Part shown: positions 8,481 to 20,896 of the stretch, in pieces | How positions within the stretch are numbered: the stretch's first letter is position 1 | Layout: each line of letters begins with the position of its first letter | NCBI GenBank assembly: GCA_963827655.1 | Contig: CAWHCF010000014.1 | Location: forward strand, 1 to 64,000 | DNA: 64,000 bases | Reading direction: 5' to 3' | Source: an uncultured Acidobacteriota bacterium | GTDB taxonomy: Bacteria; Acidobacteriota; UBA6911 | Notes under the pieces: model-generated | Database searches by the model: none | What the model was told of the DNA's origin: nothing | The model's input: the letters and a program-made list of their open reading frames with translations, nothing else | Program-made: the position numbers and the translations under genes

Positions 8481-10949
8481 TCACTCATATCTCAGGGCGA
8501 CGATCGGGTCCACTCGGGCTGCGCGCCGCGCCGGAAGGTAACTGGCGACCAGCGCCACTCCCGCGAGCAGCAGCGGAGTGCCTGCGAAGGTCACCGGATC
8601 TGTCGCGCTGATCCCGTAGAGCCAGGTTGAAAGAAAACGGGTAAGGGCGAGCGCGCCTGCGAGGCCCACCGCAACCCCGACGCCGATCACCCTCATTCCT
8701 TGCCCGACCACGAGGCCGAGCACATCGCGCCGCTGCGCGCCCAGAGCCATGCGGATTCCGATTTCACGCGCGCGCCGTCCCACGGAGTAGGACATGATTC
8801 CATAAATGCCCACGGAAGCAAGAAGGAGCGCAACCAGACCCAGTATTGCCAGGAGTGTCGCAGCGGCGCGCGCCGGAAACAGAGACACGCCCAGATACTC
8901 GATCAGGGTACTAACCTCCGTCACCGGGAGGTTAGGATCCAGAGCCCGGATCTCTTGCCGCACGGCAGCCAGCATTCCTTTGGGATCGCCGGCGGTCCGC
9001 GTCAGCACCGTCACCCGCGAGTTATAGTGCTGGAGAGCAGGCAGATAGAAAAAGGGCTTTGGATCCTCCCCCAGGCTGTTGTATTTCCCGTCTCGGGCGA
9101 TCCCGATCACTTCGAGCAGGTTGCCCTGCGGCCCGCTCACACCCAGGCGCTTCCCGAGAGGTTCCTGACCGGGCCAAAACCGGCGCGCGAAGGTTTCGTT
9201 TACGATCAGTACTCCCGGCGCGCCTTCACCATCCTGAACCGCAAACGCGCGCCCCGAGAGCAGCGGAATCCTCAGCGTCTGGAAATACTCCGGTCCGACG
9301 ATGTTGTAATGGAATTCCATGTCCTCACCGGGCCGGGGATTGTACCCGGCGACAAAGACTCTTCTTCGGGAGCCAAAGAGAGGGTTAAGCGGCGGAAACG
9401 CACTCAGAGTAGCCGAAACTACTCCAGGCAACTCCTGCAGTCGATCCGAAAGCTGCCGGCTGAACTGCTTGCCTCGAGGTTCGGAATACCCGTTGAGTTG
9501 CAGGTTGACGGACATGGTCAGGACATTGTCAGGATCGAAGCCTGGATCGATGGAAGAAGCATTGCGCAGGCTCCTCAGGAAGAGACCGGCGCCGATCAGG
9601 AGCAGCAGCGAGAGGGCGAATTGCGTAACCACAAACGCATTTCGCATCCCCGGGCTGCGCTGAACCATCGCGAATGCTCCCGCTTCATCTTTCAGCGCGG
9701 GGACCAGATCCGGTCGAGATGTTTGAAGGGCCGGGGCCAAGCCGAAAATCACTCCGGTCAGCAGCGAAAGAATCCCGGTGAATCCCAGGACGCGGATGTC
9801 CGGTGTCAAGTCAAGCGTAATGGGGAACGCAATCGGCGGCTTGAAGGCGAGCAGCATATTATTGGTCCAGAAGGCGATCAAGAGTCCGAAACCACCGGCT
9901 AGCAGCGAGAGCAGAATGCTTTCGGTCAACAACTGCCGGACCAGGCGAGCGCGCCCTGCTCCCAAAGACAGCCGGATTGCGATTTCTTTCTGCCGGCCCG
10001 TCGCCCGCGCCAGTAGAAGATTGGCCACGTTCGCGCAAGCTATCAGTAAAACAAGCCCGACCACAGCCATCAGGAGCCCCATGAATCCCACAATGTCGCC
10101 GCGAATCCGGGGATGCACTCTGGCTTTACTCTCGGGGACCACCGTTATCCTGCGGCCCTGACCCTTAACGTCGATCCACGCGGGCCCGAAGGTTTCTTTG
10201 AGCTGGCCGGCCAGAACCGTCAGAGACGTTTGCGCCTGGGCGACCGTCGTGTTTGGTCTAAGCCGCCCGACAAGTGCCAGCCAGCGCGAGCCCCGCTCGC
10301 TCAGACGATCACGACCGCCAGACAGCCTGGACAGCGTCATCATCGGGACCCAGAGATCGACCGGAAACATGCGCTGCAAACCGGGGAACCCGTCGGGCGC
10401 AACACCGACGATCGTGACCGGCTCGCCGTTTAAAGTCAGGAGTTGCCCTACGATGTTCGGATCCGAACCAAAGCGTCGCTGCCAGAGCCCATAGCTCACG
10501 AGAGCGACCGGGTGGGCGCCGGGAACCTGATCTTCTTCAGGAAGAAAGTTCCGTCCCAGGACGGGTTTCACCCCCAGTAACGAGAAATAGTTGCCCGAGA
10601 CAATTTCTCCGGACACGCGCTCGGTTTGCCCTCCGCTGCTCATGCTGAGAGGCTGCACGGAGCTGGCGAGAACGCCCGAAAGGACTCCAGTCTTGTCCCG
10701 AATCTCCAGGTAGTCCGGATAGGAAGAAGATCCGTGGGCCGGTCCGCTAAAATCGCTGGTGTAGATCATGACGAGTTCATCCGGTTTCTCGACCGGCAAC
10801 GGCCGCAGAAACGCCGCGTTTATGAGACTGAAGATTGTCGTATTGGCGCCCATGCCCAGGGCAAGCGAGATTGCGGCCACAGCCGTCAAAGCAGGATTCT
10901 TCACCAGCATCCGCAGTCCATAGCGGACATCTTGTAACAGGTTGTCCAT
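8481..10949 (-). CDS. ADOP-type duplicated ABC permease (MacB/FtsX domains)
   Basis: MDNLLQDVRYGLRML, LLIACANVANLLLARA..R..EIAIR.SLGA, C-terminal PARRAARVDPIVALRYE. Confidence 0.92.
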   Translation of the reverse strand: MDNLLQDVRYGLRMLVKNPALTAVAAISLALGMGANTTIFSLINAAFLRPLPVEKPDELVMIYTSDFSGPAHGSSSYPDYLEIRDKTGVLSGVLASSVQPLSMSSGGQTERVSGEIVSGNYFSLLGVKPVLGRNFLPEEDQVPGAHPVALVSYGLWQRRFGSDPNIVGQLLTLNGEPVTIVGVAPDGFPGLQRMFPVDLWVPMMTLSRLSGGRDRLSERGSRWLALVGRLRPNTTVAQAQTSLTVLAGQLKETFGPAWIDVKGQGRRITVVPESKARVHPRIRGDIVGFMGLLMAVVGLVLLIACANVANLLLARATGRQKEIAIRLSLGAGRARLVRQLLTESILLSLLAGGFGLLIAFWTNNMLLAFKPPIAFPITLDLTPDIRVLGFTGILSLLTGVIFGLAPALQTSRPDLVPALKDEAGAFAMVQRSPGMRNAFVVTQFALSLLLLIGAGLFLRSLRNASSIDPGFDPDNVLTMSVNLQLNGYSEPRGKQFSRQLSDRLQELPGVVSATLSAFPPLNPLFGSRRRVFVAGYNPRPGEDMEFHYNIVGPEYFQTLRIPLLSGRAFAVQDGEGAPGVLIVNETFARRFWPGQEPLGKRLGVSGPQGNLLEVIGIARDGKYNSLGEDPKPFFYLPALQHYNSRVTVLTRTAGDPKGMLAAVRQEIRALDPNLPVTEVSTLIEYLGVSLFPARAAATLLAILGLVALLLASVGIYGIMSYSVGRRAREIGIRMALGAQRRDVLGLVVGQGMRVIGVGVAVGLAGALALTRFLSTWLYGISATDPVTFAGTPLLLAGVALVASYLPARRAARVDPIVALRYE

Positions 10950-11020
10950 GAGCCAGCCTCCGGGAATGGAAATCGGTATTTAGACGTTCGACGGCAGCTT
11001 CGACGTTAAGAAAAACTTCC

Positions 11021-11049
11021 TGTCAGCCGTCAGCTGACAGCTGACAGCT
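11021..11049. repeat. Short heptamer repeat/palindrome (GTCAGC / GCTGACA), related copy at 58241-58258
   Basis: TGTCAGCCGTCAGCTGACAGCTGACAGC. Confidence 0.5.
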
Positions 11050-11143
11050 TTGAAACGCAGGATGCTTTGGTTGCGGGCGTAGGCTGAAGCTGTTGAAGCG
11101 GATTGGGGATGGGGATAGCGGACTCTTCGGTGAGGCTTCGGTT

Positions 11144-11860
11144 TCAGGCTTTCCAGGACTCCTCGGCTTCGACACTCTCCTCTACAATGCGGCCGTCGAA
11201 CAGGTGGATGGTCCTGTCAGCGTGGCGGGCGTAGCGAGGATCGTGAGTAACCATGCACAGCGTTGCGCCGCCGCGATGCAGTTCTCGCATGAGTTCCATC
11301 ACGGCCTCGCCGTTTCTTGAATCGAGGTTGCCTGTCGGCTCATCTGCCAGGAGAACCGCAGGATCTCCACCGAGAGCGCGGGCCACGGCCACGCGCTGCT
11401 GTTGACCGCCGGAGAGCTGGCTAGGAAGATGCTTGGCCCTGTGGGCCATGCCCACCCTTTCAAGCGCCTCATTGGCGCGCTTCTTGCGCTCGGCCGATTT
11501 CATGCCCCGGTAGGTCAAGGGCAGCTCCACATTTTCGAAGACGTTCAGGTCGCCGATCAGATTGAAGCTCTGAAAAATGAACCCGATCTCCCGGTTCCGA
11601 ATGCGGGCGCGCTCCGAGAGTTTGAGGTTCTCCACGGGATTGCCGTTCAAGAGATAGCGCCCGTCCGTCGGCGAATCCAGAAGACCGATGATCGAGAGCA
11701 GAGTCGATTTCCCGCAGCCGGAAGGGCCGGCGATGGACACGAACTCCCCCTTCTGAATATTCATGTGGATACCAGCCAGGGCGTGAGTTTCGACCTCTTC
11801 CGTGAGGAAAACCTTCGTCAAGCTCTCAAGTTGAATCAGCAGCTGGCCATTTCCAGTCAT
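11144..11860 (-). CDS. ABC transporter ATP-binding protein (LolD/MacB-like)
   Basis: Walker [32 protein letters not shown]. Confidence 0.95.
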   Translation of the reverse strand: MTGNGQLLIQLESLTKVFLTEEVETHALAGIHMNIQKGEFVSIAGPSGCGKSTLLSIIGLLDSPTDGRYLLNGNPVENLKLSERARIRNREIGFIFQSFNLIGDLNVFENVELPLTYRGMKSAERKKRANEALERVGMAHRAKHLPSQLSGGQQQRVAVARALGGDPAVLLADEPTGNLDSRNGEAVMELMRELHRGGATLCMVTHDPRYARHADRTIHLFDGRIVEESVEAEESWKA

Positions 11861-11875
11861 TTCTTTCCCTCGGCT

Positions 11876-13129
11876 CTAGTTTAGTTGCACACGGTCAAAC
11901 GCATCCTGGGCGGACATGTCCGATAAAATAACCTGGTCACCCGGCTTCAAACCCTCGATGATTTCTACTGTCGTCACGGCGGTTCGCCCGAGCTTCACCT
12001 GCACGCGGGAGGCGTGCACGCCGTCCGGCTCGAGTTTAAACAGTCCTATGAGGCTGTTGGGCTGCCCCTGAACGGGCCGGTTGACGTAAACCACATCCGT
12101 CAGCCGCTCGAGTTCGATGGTGCCATCGACCGTCAGGTCAGGCCGAGCGCCCGCGGGAAGCTGTCCGAGCAGGGTCACATCGACCTTCACGGTGCCCTCC
12201 TGGGAGGCAGGATCAATTCGGGAAACCCGGCCGGGAATGAAGCCATTGTGAGTATCGACCGTGACCTCCTGGCCGATCGCGACGTCTTTGACCTGCGTCT
12301 CAGGAACCTTGAGCTCCGCCTTGAGACGCGCGGGATTCGAGACCCTGGCGAGGTTCGTACCCGGGACTACGCTTTGACCCACCTCGGCCAGCAGAAGCTG
12401 CAGGATACCCGGCACGCCGGCGCGAACCTTGAGCTGATCGAGCTGGCTGCGCCTGAGCTCATAGATAGCGCGCAGCTGCTGTACTCGGGTTTTCTGCACG
12501 GCCAGCTGGGCCTCAATAGACTCCCGGCTCTTCTCCAACCGCTTTTTTTCAATCTCGATCCTGCCGGCTAGTTGCTCGGCCGCGACTTTCTCGAGTTTCA
12601 GGGTCAACTCGGGCACCAGTCCTTGTTTGGCCAGGTCCGCATTGGCTTCGGCTCTAAGCTTGGCCTGACTGTAATCGGCCACGATCCTCGCAGCTTCAGC
12701 CTCCTGATTCAAGTGCTGGCTCTCCAGTTTTACCTCGAGGTCCCTGTAGGAACTTTCGGCAGCCTTCCAGTCCCATTCCGCATTCAAGGTCTCCTGCTCG
12801 AGCTGAGGATTGCTAAGCTCCAGCAAGATGGTATCGGCCGTGACCACGGCTCCCGGCTGAACCAGCCTCCGCTCCACCCGGCCATTGGTGACTGCGGGAA
12901 CCCAACGTATCTCTTCCGGGACCAGAATGCCCAAACCGCGAACGTTTCTCAGCATCAGGCCACGCTTGACGGTATCTATCAAGACCGTATTACGATCGAC
13001 AGGCGGCGCGGCACGCTCCAATCTGCTCAGACCCAGTGTGATGCCTCCGATTACCACGAGACCGAGCACGCCATAAATGATCCGACGGATACGACGCTTG
13101 CGGGCTTCAGATTTGCGCGGGATATCCAT
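11876..13129 (-). CDS. HlyD/MacA-family periplasmic adaptor
   Basis: N-terminal TM, long coiled coil, VRAGVPG and GLKPGDQVILSD; operon with ABC ATPase and permease. Confidence 0.88.
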   Translation of the reverse strand: MDIPRKSEARKRRIRRIIYGVLGLVVIGGITLGLSRLERAAPPVDRNTVLIDTVKRGLMLRNVRGLGILVPEEIRWVPAVTNGRVERRLVQPGAVVTADTILLELSNPQLEQETLNAEWDWKAAESSYRDLEVKLESQHLNQEAEAARIVADYSQAKLRAEANADLAKQGLVPELTLKLEKVAAEQLAGRIEIEKKRLEKSRESIEAQLAVQKTRVQQLRAIYELRRSQLDQLKVRAGVPGILQLLLAEVGQSVVPGTNLARVSNPARLKAELKVPETQVKDVAIGQEVTVDTHNGFIPGRVSRIDPASQEGTVKVDVTLLGQLPAGARPDLTVDGTIELERLTDVVYVNRPVQGQPNSLIGLFKLEPDGVHASRVQVKLGRTAVTTVEIIEGLKPGDQVILSDMSAQDAFDRVQLN

Positions 13130-13157
13130 GAGCTACAATTCCTCCGCTCAAGAACTG

Positions 13158-13172
13158 GCAACTGCCGTGCCA
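13158..13172 (-). promoter_or_regulatory. Sigma-54 (-24/-12) promoter for adaptor-ATPase-ADOP operon
   Basis: Minus strand reads TGGCACGGCAGTTGC, matching TGGCAC-N5-TTGC, 29 nt upstream of ATG 13129; AT-rich tract upstream. Confidence 0.75.
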
Positions 13173-13291
13173 TCCCGATTAGTTGAACTAAGCGACTCAA
13201 TTATATAGGTTAGCGTGATGAAGTGCAAGCACGCTCCCTGGATCGGTGCTCGGTTGTGGGACAAATCTGTAGCAAAACCGAACACTCCCTT

Positions 13292-13316
13292 CCGCCAAGG
13301 CGCGAAGACTCAAAGG
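13292..13316 (+). repeat. Octamer tandem repeat half-site
   Basis: CCGCCAAG-GCGCGAAG-ACTCAAAGG. Confidence 0.6.
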
Positions 13317-13318
13317 CT

Positions 13319-16300
13319 TCAATGGTTGCGCTGCTGGTGGTTACGCTGCTGGAGGTATGCAAGCAGGTCGGCCAGATCCTGGTACTTGAGCCCTTTTTCG
13401 AGGCCCTCCGGCATCAGCGATAGCCCGTCGGTGCGCATCTGGCGTATTGCGCTTCTCGACACCGTGTCGGTCTCACCCTCGGCGCGCATCAGCGTAATGT
13501 TCCCCGGAGTCTCGGTCTTGATAATGCCGGTGAGGTGTTCACCCTTGGTGGTCTCGACCATGAAGTTTGTGTACTCGGGAGCGATAGCCGCATTAGGATC
13601 CAGAATGGAAGTCAGAAGATCCTCCTTGCTCTTGGTGAACGCCATGTTCAGGTCGGCGCCTACGGCCGTGCCCGCGCCGTGCAGCACGTGGCACTTGGCG
13701 CAGAGCGAACGATAATGCTGTTCGCCCCGGCCCGCGTCGCCTCGCAGCGGCCCTATCTCCTGCAGGTAGCTGTCGACGATCGCCTTCCGGTTGCTGAATT
13801 CATGATCACCAAAAAGAGCCGCGGCGCGCTTCTTGATATCGTCGGTGGAGCGGCGGAGCAGTCGCCGTCGCTGTTCGAGATCCAGGTTCAGCTCGCCGAA
13901 ACTCAGAACGCCCTTTTCCAGCGTACTGATCAGCAATTCGTGAAACTCCGTCCGGCGAAGCAGCATGTTTAGAGTCAGCGATTTGACGGGGGGACTGTAC
14001 CTTCTCCAGTTTGCCAGCACCGCCCGACCGGCTTGCAGGTCCGTGAACTGGCTCATCGCGCCCGCGGCCGCGGTTTGTAATTCCAGGGGCCGGCGGGGTT
14101 CCATTAACGACAGGAGCGCTTCGGAGACCTGCTCGTAGCCGCCTAGTCCGAGCAGTTCCACCTCCTGCAGCCGTTCCGGCACGGTTAATGATTCGTCCAG
14201 GGCGCGGGCGCGCGCGCGGGCAATCGCGTGCTCCTGAGCCGCGGTGTCGTGGATGCCCAGACGCGCGGCCGCGCGGAGCGCGGCTCGGGCCACAGGAGTA
14301 GAAGTTGATCGAATCAGCTTTTCGATTCCCGCTCGCATTCGGGCATCCGCCGTCACTTTCACCTCGCGGCGATTAAGGCCGTCGGCAAGACCATCCAGGA
14401 CGGAGACGCGCCAGCGGTCAGCCATTTTAGGGTTTCCCGCCAACGCCAGAGTCGAAGAAATGTCGGAGCGCGCCGCGGCAATGGACGCCAGCGAACGAAT
14501 GAAGGCAAGCCGTCCCTCTGTAATCTCAGAAAGGAACGAAGACTCCCTGCCCATTAAAGTGTTCAGGGTGTTTGCGGCACCATCTCTTAACGCGCTCAGG
14601 ATCGCGTATCTAGACCATTGGGACTCGACGTCTTGATGCACGATGTCGAGAAGAGCCGCTTGCACTCGGCTATCCGCAACGTTCCCCAAAGTGAGGGCCA
14701 GCTGAAATCGGACTCTGACGTCCGGATCCCGGGATAACTTCAGCAAGGCGTTCCGCACCTCCGGCGATCCTGCCTGATGAAGCTCTGCCAGCCGAAGCGC
14801 ATTCTCACGCACTCCTGGGCTGGGATCATTCAAGGCCGCGATGACGGCGGCTGGGGCAAGTGACTGTAGCCCCTCGAGCGCCCACAAGGCGTGCAGTCGT
14901 CCTGCGGCCGACTCGCTCTTCCCGAGGAGCCGCTCCAGAAGGGAAACGGAACTCTTGTCCTGCCGCTCGACCAGGAGCCGCTGGGCCGTATCCCTCCACC
15001 ATTTGTTGGGACGCTCGAGGGCCGCAACCAATTCCGCCACCGGCGCGGACGAGAGCTGAGGACGCACCGGCTGCAAGCCGCTTCGCGGAACGATACGATA
15101 GATTCTCCCTTTGTCGTCTCCCGCTCGAAGGTCCAATCGTTTCTGGACCGGTTCTGGAATCCATTCCGGATGTTCGATGACCGCTCGATGCATGTCGACA
15201 ACGTACACCGCGCCCTCCGGGCCTACGGCAAGGTTGACGGGCCGGAACCAGTTGTCGGTCCCGGCAAGGAATTCCGTTCCTTCTCGCCTTCGGCTGGCCC
15301 TGAAGCTCGGGCCATCGGAGGTCACGACATCCTGATGGACCACGTTCACCACAACGTCAGAGACCAGGAAGCTATCGTTGTATTCGGAGGAAAGAGCGCC
15401 TCCTCCGTAATAGATTAGCCCGCAGCCGGCCGAGAACCGGCCCGCCTGCTCCGGATGATTGACCCGGGTCTCCGGTTCCGAGATCTGGAACAGTTTGGCG
15501 GAGGACTCGTGGTCCGAGATCTGATGTCTTGCGGACGGGACAACCAGATCCGGCGCGCGCTCGAGGTACTCGGCCCGAAAGACCATGTGCTGGAAGTGAT
15601 TGGTGTTGTGGGTCCCGAACATGCGGCCCCAGGCATCAGTAGCGATTCCGAATCCCCCGGTCGACTCGTACGACGTTCGAAACTCGCCCGTGTCAGGCCT
15701 GAAACGAAAATCCATTCGCTGAAGCCGGGTCTTCTTGTCGGGCGTCTTGGTGAAGTAGGCGGCACCGTTGTTACCTCCGTTGGCACCGTATACCCAGTTG
15801 TCGAGTCCCCACATCAAACCATTGATATTGTGCTGGGTGTTGGCCACTGGAAATCCGGAAAAGAGAACTTCCTTGATATCGGCCACGCCGTCGCCATTGG
15901 TGTCTTTCATGAAGACGATATCAGGGGGTCCCGTCACAAGAACCCCGCCCCGCCAGGGCAGCACGGAAGTGGGGTACTGTAATCCGTCCGCAAAGAGGGT
16001 GGCTTTTTCGTAGTAACCGTCCTGGTTGAGATCCTCGAGCAGGCGGACTCGGCCGAGAGGCTTCGGGGCATCGCGCGGTTGAATCGGGTAATCCCTCATC
16101 TCAACCACGTACATCCTGCCATCCGCGTCAAAGGCGACGGCCACCGGGTCCACCACATTGGGTTCGGCGGCCACGAGTTCGATCTTGAGGTCGTCGGACA
16201 ACCGGGCGGTCGCCATGAATTTTTGCGGGGCTAGCGACACCTCCGGCTTGGTACTGCTGCACGAGCTGCAGAAGAGCGCGGCGAGGAGTAAGAAAAAAAT

Positions 16301-16387
16301 GGGATGCTTGGGGTTTCTTCGCGTCTTTGCGCCTTCGTGGCTGACTCTGGTCGGCAAGCATCCACCCCCAAGACACGAAAGGAGCAT
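13319..16387 (-). CDS. PVC-type heme-binding CxxCH protein (beta-propeller dehydrogenase + HEAT repeats + cytochrome c)
   Basis: [55 protein letters not shown] heme motif, SLMPEGLE. Exact start uncertain; lipobox-like FCSSC. Confidence 0.88.
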   Translation of the reverse strand: MLLSCLGGGCLPTRVSHEGAKTRRNPKHPIFFLLLAALFCSSCSSTKPEVSLAPQKFMATARLSDDLKIELVAAEPNVVDPVAVAFDADGRMYVVEMRDYPIQPRDAPKPLGRVRLLEDLNQDGYYEKATLFADGLQYPTSVLPWRGGVLVTGPPDIVFMKDTNGDGVADIKEVLFSGFPVANTQHNINGLMWGLDNWVYGANGGNNGAAYFTKTPDKKTRLQRMDFRFRPDTGEFRTSYESTGGFGIATDAWGRMFGTHNTNHFQHMVFRAEYLERAPDLVVPSARHQISDHESSAKLFQISEPETRVNHPEQAGRFSAGCGLIYYGGGALSSEYNDSFLVSDVVVNVVHQDVVTSDGPSFRASRRREGTEFLAGTDNWFRPVNLAVGPEGAVYVVDMHRAVIEHPEWIPEPVQKRLDLRAGDDKGRIYRIVPRSGLQPVRPQLSSAPVAELVAALERPNKWWRDTAQRLLVERQDKSSVSLLERLLGKSESAAGRLHALWALEGLQSLAPAAVIAALNDPSPGVRENALRLAELHQAGSPEVRNALLKLSRDPDVRVRFQLALTLGNVADSRVQAALLDIVHQDVESQWSRYAILSALRDGAANTLNTLMGRESSFLSEITEGRLAFIRSLASIAAARSDISSTLALAGNPKMADRWRVSVLDGLADGLNRREVKVTADARMRAGIEKLIRSTSTPVARAALRAAARLGIHDTAAQEHAIARARARALDESLTVPERLQEVELLGLGGYEQVSEALLSLMEPRRPLELQTAAAGAMSQFTDLQAGRAVLANWRRYSPPVKSLTLNMLLRRTEFHELLISTLEKGVLSFGELNLDLEQRRRLLRRSTDDIKKRAAALFGDHEFSNRKAIVDSYLQEIGPLRGDAGRGEQHYRSLCAKCHVLHGAGTAVGADLNMAFTKSKEDLLTSILDPNAAIAPEYTNFMVETTKGEHLTGIIKTETPGNITLMRAEGETDTVSRSAIRQMRTDGLSLMPEGLEKGLKYQDLADLLAYLQQRNHQQRNH
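16307..16382. repeat. Octamer tandem repeats in both orientations overlapping the 5' end of the heme-protein ORF
   Basis: CTTCGCGT-CTTTGCGC-CTTCGTGG ... CCCCCAAG-ACACGAAAGG. Confidence 0.65.
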
Positions 16388-16395
16388 GAATATGA

Positions 16396-16480
<85 letters not shown>

Positions 16481-16545
16481 ACTGGGAAGGTGCAGGGTCG
16501 GACGCGGCTTGCGTGAGATTGAGGGCCGCCGGCGCCCGCGTAGAA

Positions 16546-17016
16546 TTATTGCTTCTTCGTCTCCTTCGGAGGATCGGCCGGCTTGTCGGGCGGCTTTTCA
16601 GCAGGTTTCGTCGACCCTGGCGCTTGCCCCTGCGGCGCCGCTTCCTTCTGTTTGCGCTCTATCTCCTCCTGCTTCTTCTTGATCTCTTCAGGAGTCGGCG
16701 CCGGCGTTTCAGTGCGAACGGCCGGCGCTTTTGGTGCCGGCGTGGAGGTCCCTTTCGTGTCATCCAGAATCGACTTGCTCTCTCCTCCGCCGCCAATCAG
16801 AGAAAGGGTGAGGCACGTCGCCATGAAAACGACTGCCGACACCGTGGTCAGTTTCGAAAGAAACGAGGCCGGCCCGCGGCTTCCGAATGCAGTCTGGGTG
16901 GACGATCCGCCGAATGCGCCGGCCAGATCGGCTCCCTTTCCCGACTGCAGGAGCACAACCAGAATCAGAACAATGCAAACCAGAACATGCACCGCCGCTA
17001 CAGCAATATAAAGCAT
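16546..17016 (-). CDS. secG: Preprotein translocase subunit SecG
   Basis: [25 protein letters not shown] motif; tpiA-secG-tRNA-Leu synteny. Confidence 0.93.
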   Translation of the reverse strand: MLYIAVAAVHVLVCIVLILVVLLQSGKGADLAGAFGGSSTQTAFGSRGPASFLSKLTTVSAVVFMATCLTLSLIGGGGESKSILDDTKGTSTPAPKAPAVRTETPAPTPEEIKKKQEEIERKQKEAAPQGQAPGSTKPAEKPPDKPADPPKETKKQ

Positions 17017-17036
17017 CGAACGAGACCTGCCTTTTT

Positions 17037-17792
17037 TTACGACTGGTAGCGGATGATTCGCAAGAAGCTCTCGGCTTCCAGGCACGCTCCGCCTACCAGA
17101 GCGCCATCAATATCCGGCTGCCGCATCAAGTCGCCGATGTTTTCAGGTATGACGCTTCCGCCGTACAGAATCCGAACCTTCTGGGCCGCTTCGTTGCCGA
17201 ACTTTTGGGTGAGCCAGTCGCGAATGGCACGATGCGCTTCCTGGGCTGTTTGAGGCGAAGCCGGACGCCCGGTACCGACCGCCCAGACCGGTTCGTAGGC
17301 GAGAATGATACGTAAAAGGTATGGGGGTGTCAAGCCGTCGAGACCGCCCGCAAGTTGTTGATAGATGACGTCGCGGTAGTTTCCTGACTCCCTCTCTGCC
17401 AGCGTCTCGCCGACGCACACGATCGCCTGAAGCGAGGACTTAACCACCGCCCTGACGCGCCGATTTACGGTTTCGTTGGTCTCGCCGAAAAGCTGCCGGC
17501 GCTCGGAATGCCCCACGATCACCATCTGGCATCCCTGATCTTCAAGCATTGGAATACTGATCTCGCCGGTGAAAGCCCCCTTTGGCTCCCAGTACACGGA
17601 CTGGGCGGCCAGGATCAGCGAGCTTCCTCTTATCTCCGCCCCGACCGCCGAAAGAAGCGTGTAAGGGGGCGCCAGAACGACTTCGCAGTGGGTGACGCCG
17701 GAGGCTCCAACCTTGATGGCACGAGCCAGCGCCCTGCCGTCCTCGGTCAGCTTGTTCATCTTCCAGTTTCCGGCTATGACCGGAATTCGCAT
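17037..17792 (-). CDS. tpiA: Triosephosphate isomerase
   Basis: IAGNWKMN, GAFTGEIS, VGHSERR, AYEPVWA, LYGGSV, DGALVGGA. Confidence 0.97.
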   Translation of the reverse strand: MRIPVIAGNWKMNKLTEDGRALARAIKVGASGVTHCEVVLAPPYTLLSAVGAEIRGSSLILAAQSVYWEPKGAFTGEISIPMLEDQGCQMVIVGHSERRQLFGETNETVNRRVRAVVKSSLQAIVCVGETLAERESGNYRDVIYQQLAGGLDGLTPPYLLRIILAYEPVWAVGTGRPASPQTAQEAHRAIRDWLTQKFGNEAAQKVRILYGGSVIPENIGDLMRQPDIDGALVGGACLEAESFLRIIRYQS

Positions 17793-17831
17793 CGTCGCTT
17801 ACCCTCTGCTTACTGCTTGGTCCGAACCAAT

Positions 17832-17866
17832 ACCACCAGAACGAGACACGAAGAAACACCAAGAAT
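17832..17866 (+). repeat. Octamer tandem repeat half-site
   Basis: ACCACCAG..ACACGAAG-AAACACCAAGAAT. Confidence 0.6.
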
Positions 17867-17878
17867 CCTGCGAAAATC

Positions 17879-18883
17879 TCAGCCTGCGGTAACCTTTACC
17901 TCCAGACCCTGGGTGGCGATCTTGTAGTCGATCACTTCGACGCCGAGTTTGCGCAGCTCGCTCTCGATCTTCGGACGGTGGCCATCCGGCGTACTCAGCA
18001 CGACGCACCCGCCGCCGCCGGCGCCGCAGATCTTGGCGGATCCCGCTCCGAGCGCTCGCGCCTGCTCGATTATGCGTTCGATTTCCGGCGTAGTGATGCC
18101 ATCGCTCAGCACTCTTCGGTTCGACCACTCTTCCTCCAGAGCGGAGTCAATCTCTTCGAATCTCCCGGTCCGCAGCGCGGCCGCAGCGCGGTTAGCCGCG
18201 TGAACGATCCCGTCGAAAGCCCGGAAGATTCCGAGGTCGCCGTCAATGTGACGCTTCATTACCTCCCAGTTGTTGATGCCCGAATTCCGCTGCTGGCCTG
18301 AGAAGACCAGGACCAGCCGCCCCGAGAGCCGGTCCAGGTCGGCCGCAATCGCTTCGCGTACGACGCCCTTCTCAGTGAGGTGAATCGCCTCCAATCCCCC
18401 ATAAGTCGCCGGATAGAAATCCTGGTCTCCGGTGGGAACATCGATGACCTGCGCCTCCACGTTCTTTGCGATCTGAATCAGCGTCTCGGGATCGTACCGA
18501 TCGCCGGTGAACTTGTTCAACGCGCCGCAGATTGCAATGTTGAGAGCGGACGAGCCGGCGAGTCCCGATCCGGCCGGCGCCGTGCACTCCGTCGTCATCT
18601 CAAGTCCCGTCTGCGGGGCGAAAAAATAAATCAGCTTCGACAGCATTTTGAGACGAGGAGTCGACCAGAGAGGCTCCAGGCCCTCGAATTCGGCTGACTC
18701 CCCGGTGTCGATCGAGCGCAGAAAGATCTTTTCGTCCGAGCGGGTAGAGAGGCGGCAGCGCGCCAGAAGATTAATGGCAAAATTGACGGTGATGGCGTCT
18801 CTGTGGAAGAGGTAGAGAGGCCAGATATCAACAGTTCCGCCGGCCAGGTCCACGCGAGTAGGCGCGGAGGATTCGATAATCAT
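17879..18883 (-). CDS. GHMP-family sugar kinase (HddA-like)
   Basis: APTRVDLAGGTVD, PAGSGLAGSS, GDQD, KICGAGGGG. Confidence 0.85.
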   Translation of the reverse strand: MIIESSAPTRVDLAGGTVDIWPLYLFHRDAITVNFAINLLARCRLSTRSDEKIFLRSIDTGESAEFEGLEPLWSTPRLKMLSKLIYFFAPQTGLEMTTECTAPAGSGLAGSSALNIAICGALNKFTGDRYDPETLIQIAKNVEAQVIDVPTGDQDFYPATYGGLEAIHLTEKGVVREAIAADLDRLSGRLVLVFSGQQRNSGINNWEVMKRHIDGDLGIFRAFDGIVHAANRAAAALRTGRFEEIDSALEEEWSNRRVLSDGITTPEIERIIEQARALGAGSAKICGAGGGGCVVLSTPDGHRPKIESELRKLGVEVIDYKIATQGLEVKVTAG

Positions 18884-18898
18884 TCGCAGCGATCCTTA

Positions 18899-19038
18899 GG
18901 GCTCGCGCAGAAATAACTTCACATTCTGGCGCGAGGGTCGGTGGTCAATCATGAACCGGTTTCTGTTCGCTAAGCATGCTGAGGAATCGCGCCCCTTCGG
19001 GCTGCGGGCAGAATGCGAACTTATTTCTGCGCGAACCC
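18899..19038. mobile_element. MITE copy 1 (140 bp)
   Basis: ~30-bp imperfect TIRs GGG(C/T)TCGCGCAGAAATAA.TTC.CATTCTG; flanked by TTA on both sides; homologous to 56414-56646. Confidence 0.82.
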
Positions 19039-19109
19039 TTAGCGTCTTCGCGTCTTTGCGGTTCTTTTTACTCGCTCACCACGAGGACGCGAAGACGCAA
19101 GAAAACACC
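19038..19109. repeat. Octamer tandem repeats in both orientations
   Basis: CTTAGCGT-CTTCGCGT-CTTTGCGG ... CCACGAGG-ACGCGAAG-ACGCAAG. Confidence 0.7.
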
Positions 19110-19129
19110 GCGATGAGTTCCCGCCCGGA

Positions 19130-20808
<1,679 letters not shown>

Positions 20809-20842
20809 GTGCCGGTTCGGCTGTTTGGGGGAACAAAGCCCA

Positions 20843-20880
20843 ACCACTAAGACACGAAGACACGAAGAAACGCCAAGAAC
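20843..20880 (+). repeat. Octamer tandem repeat half-site
   Basis: A-CCACTAAG-ACACGAAG-ACACGAAG-AAACGCCAAGAA. Confidence 0.75.
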
Positions 20881-20896
20881 CTTAACACAACACGGG

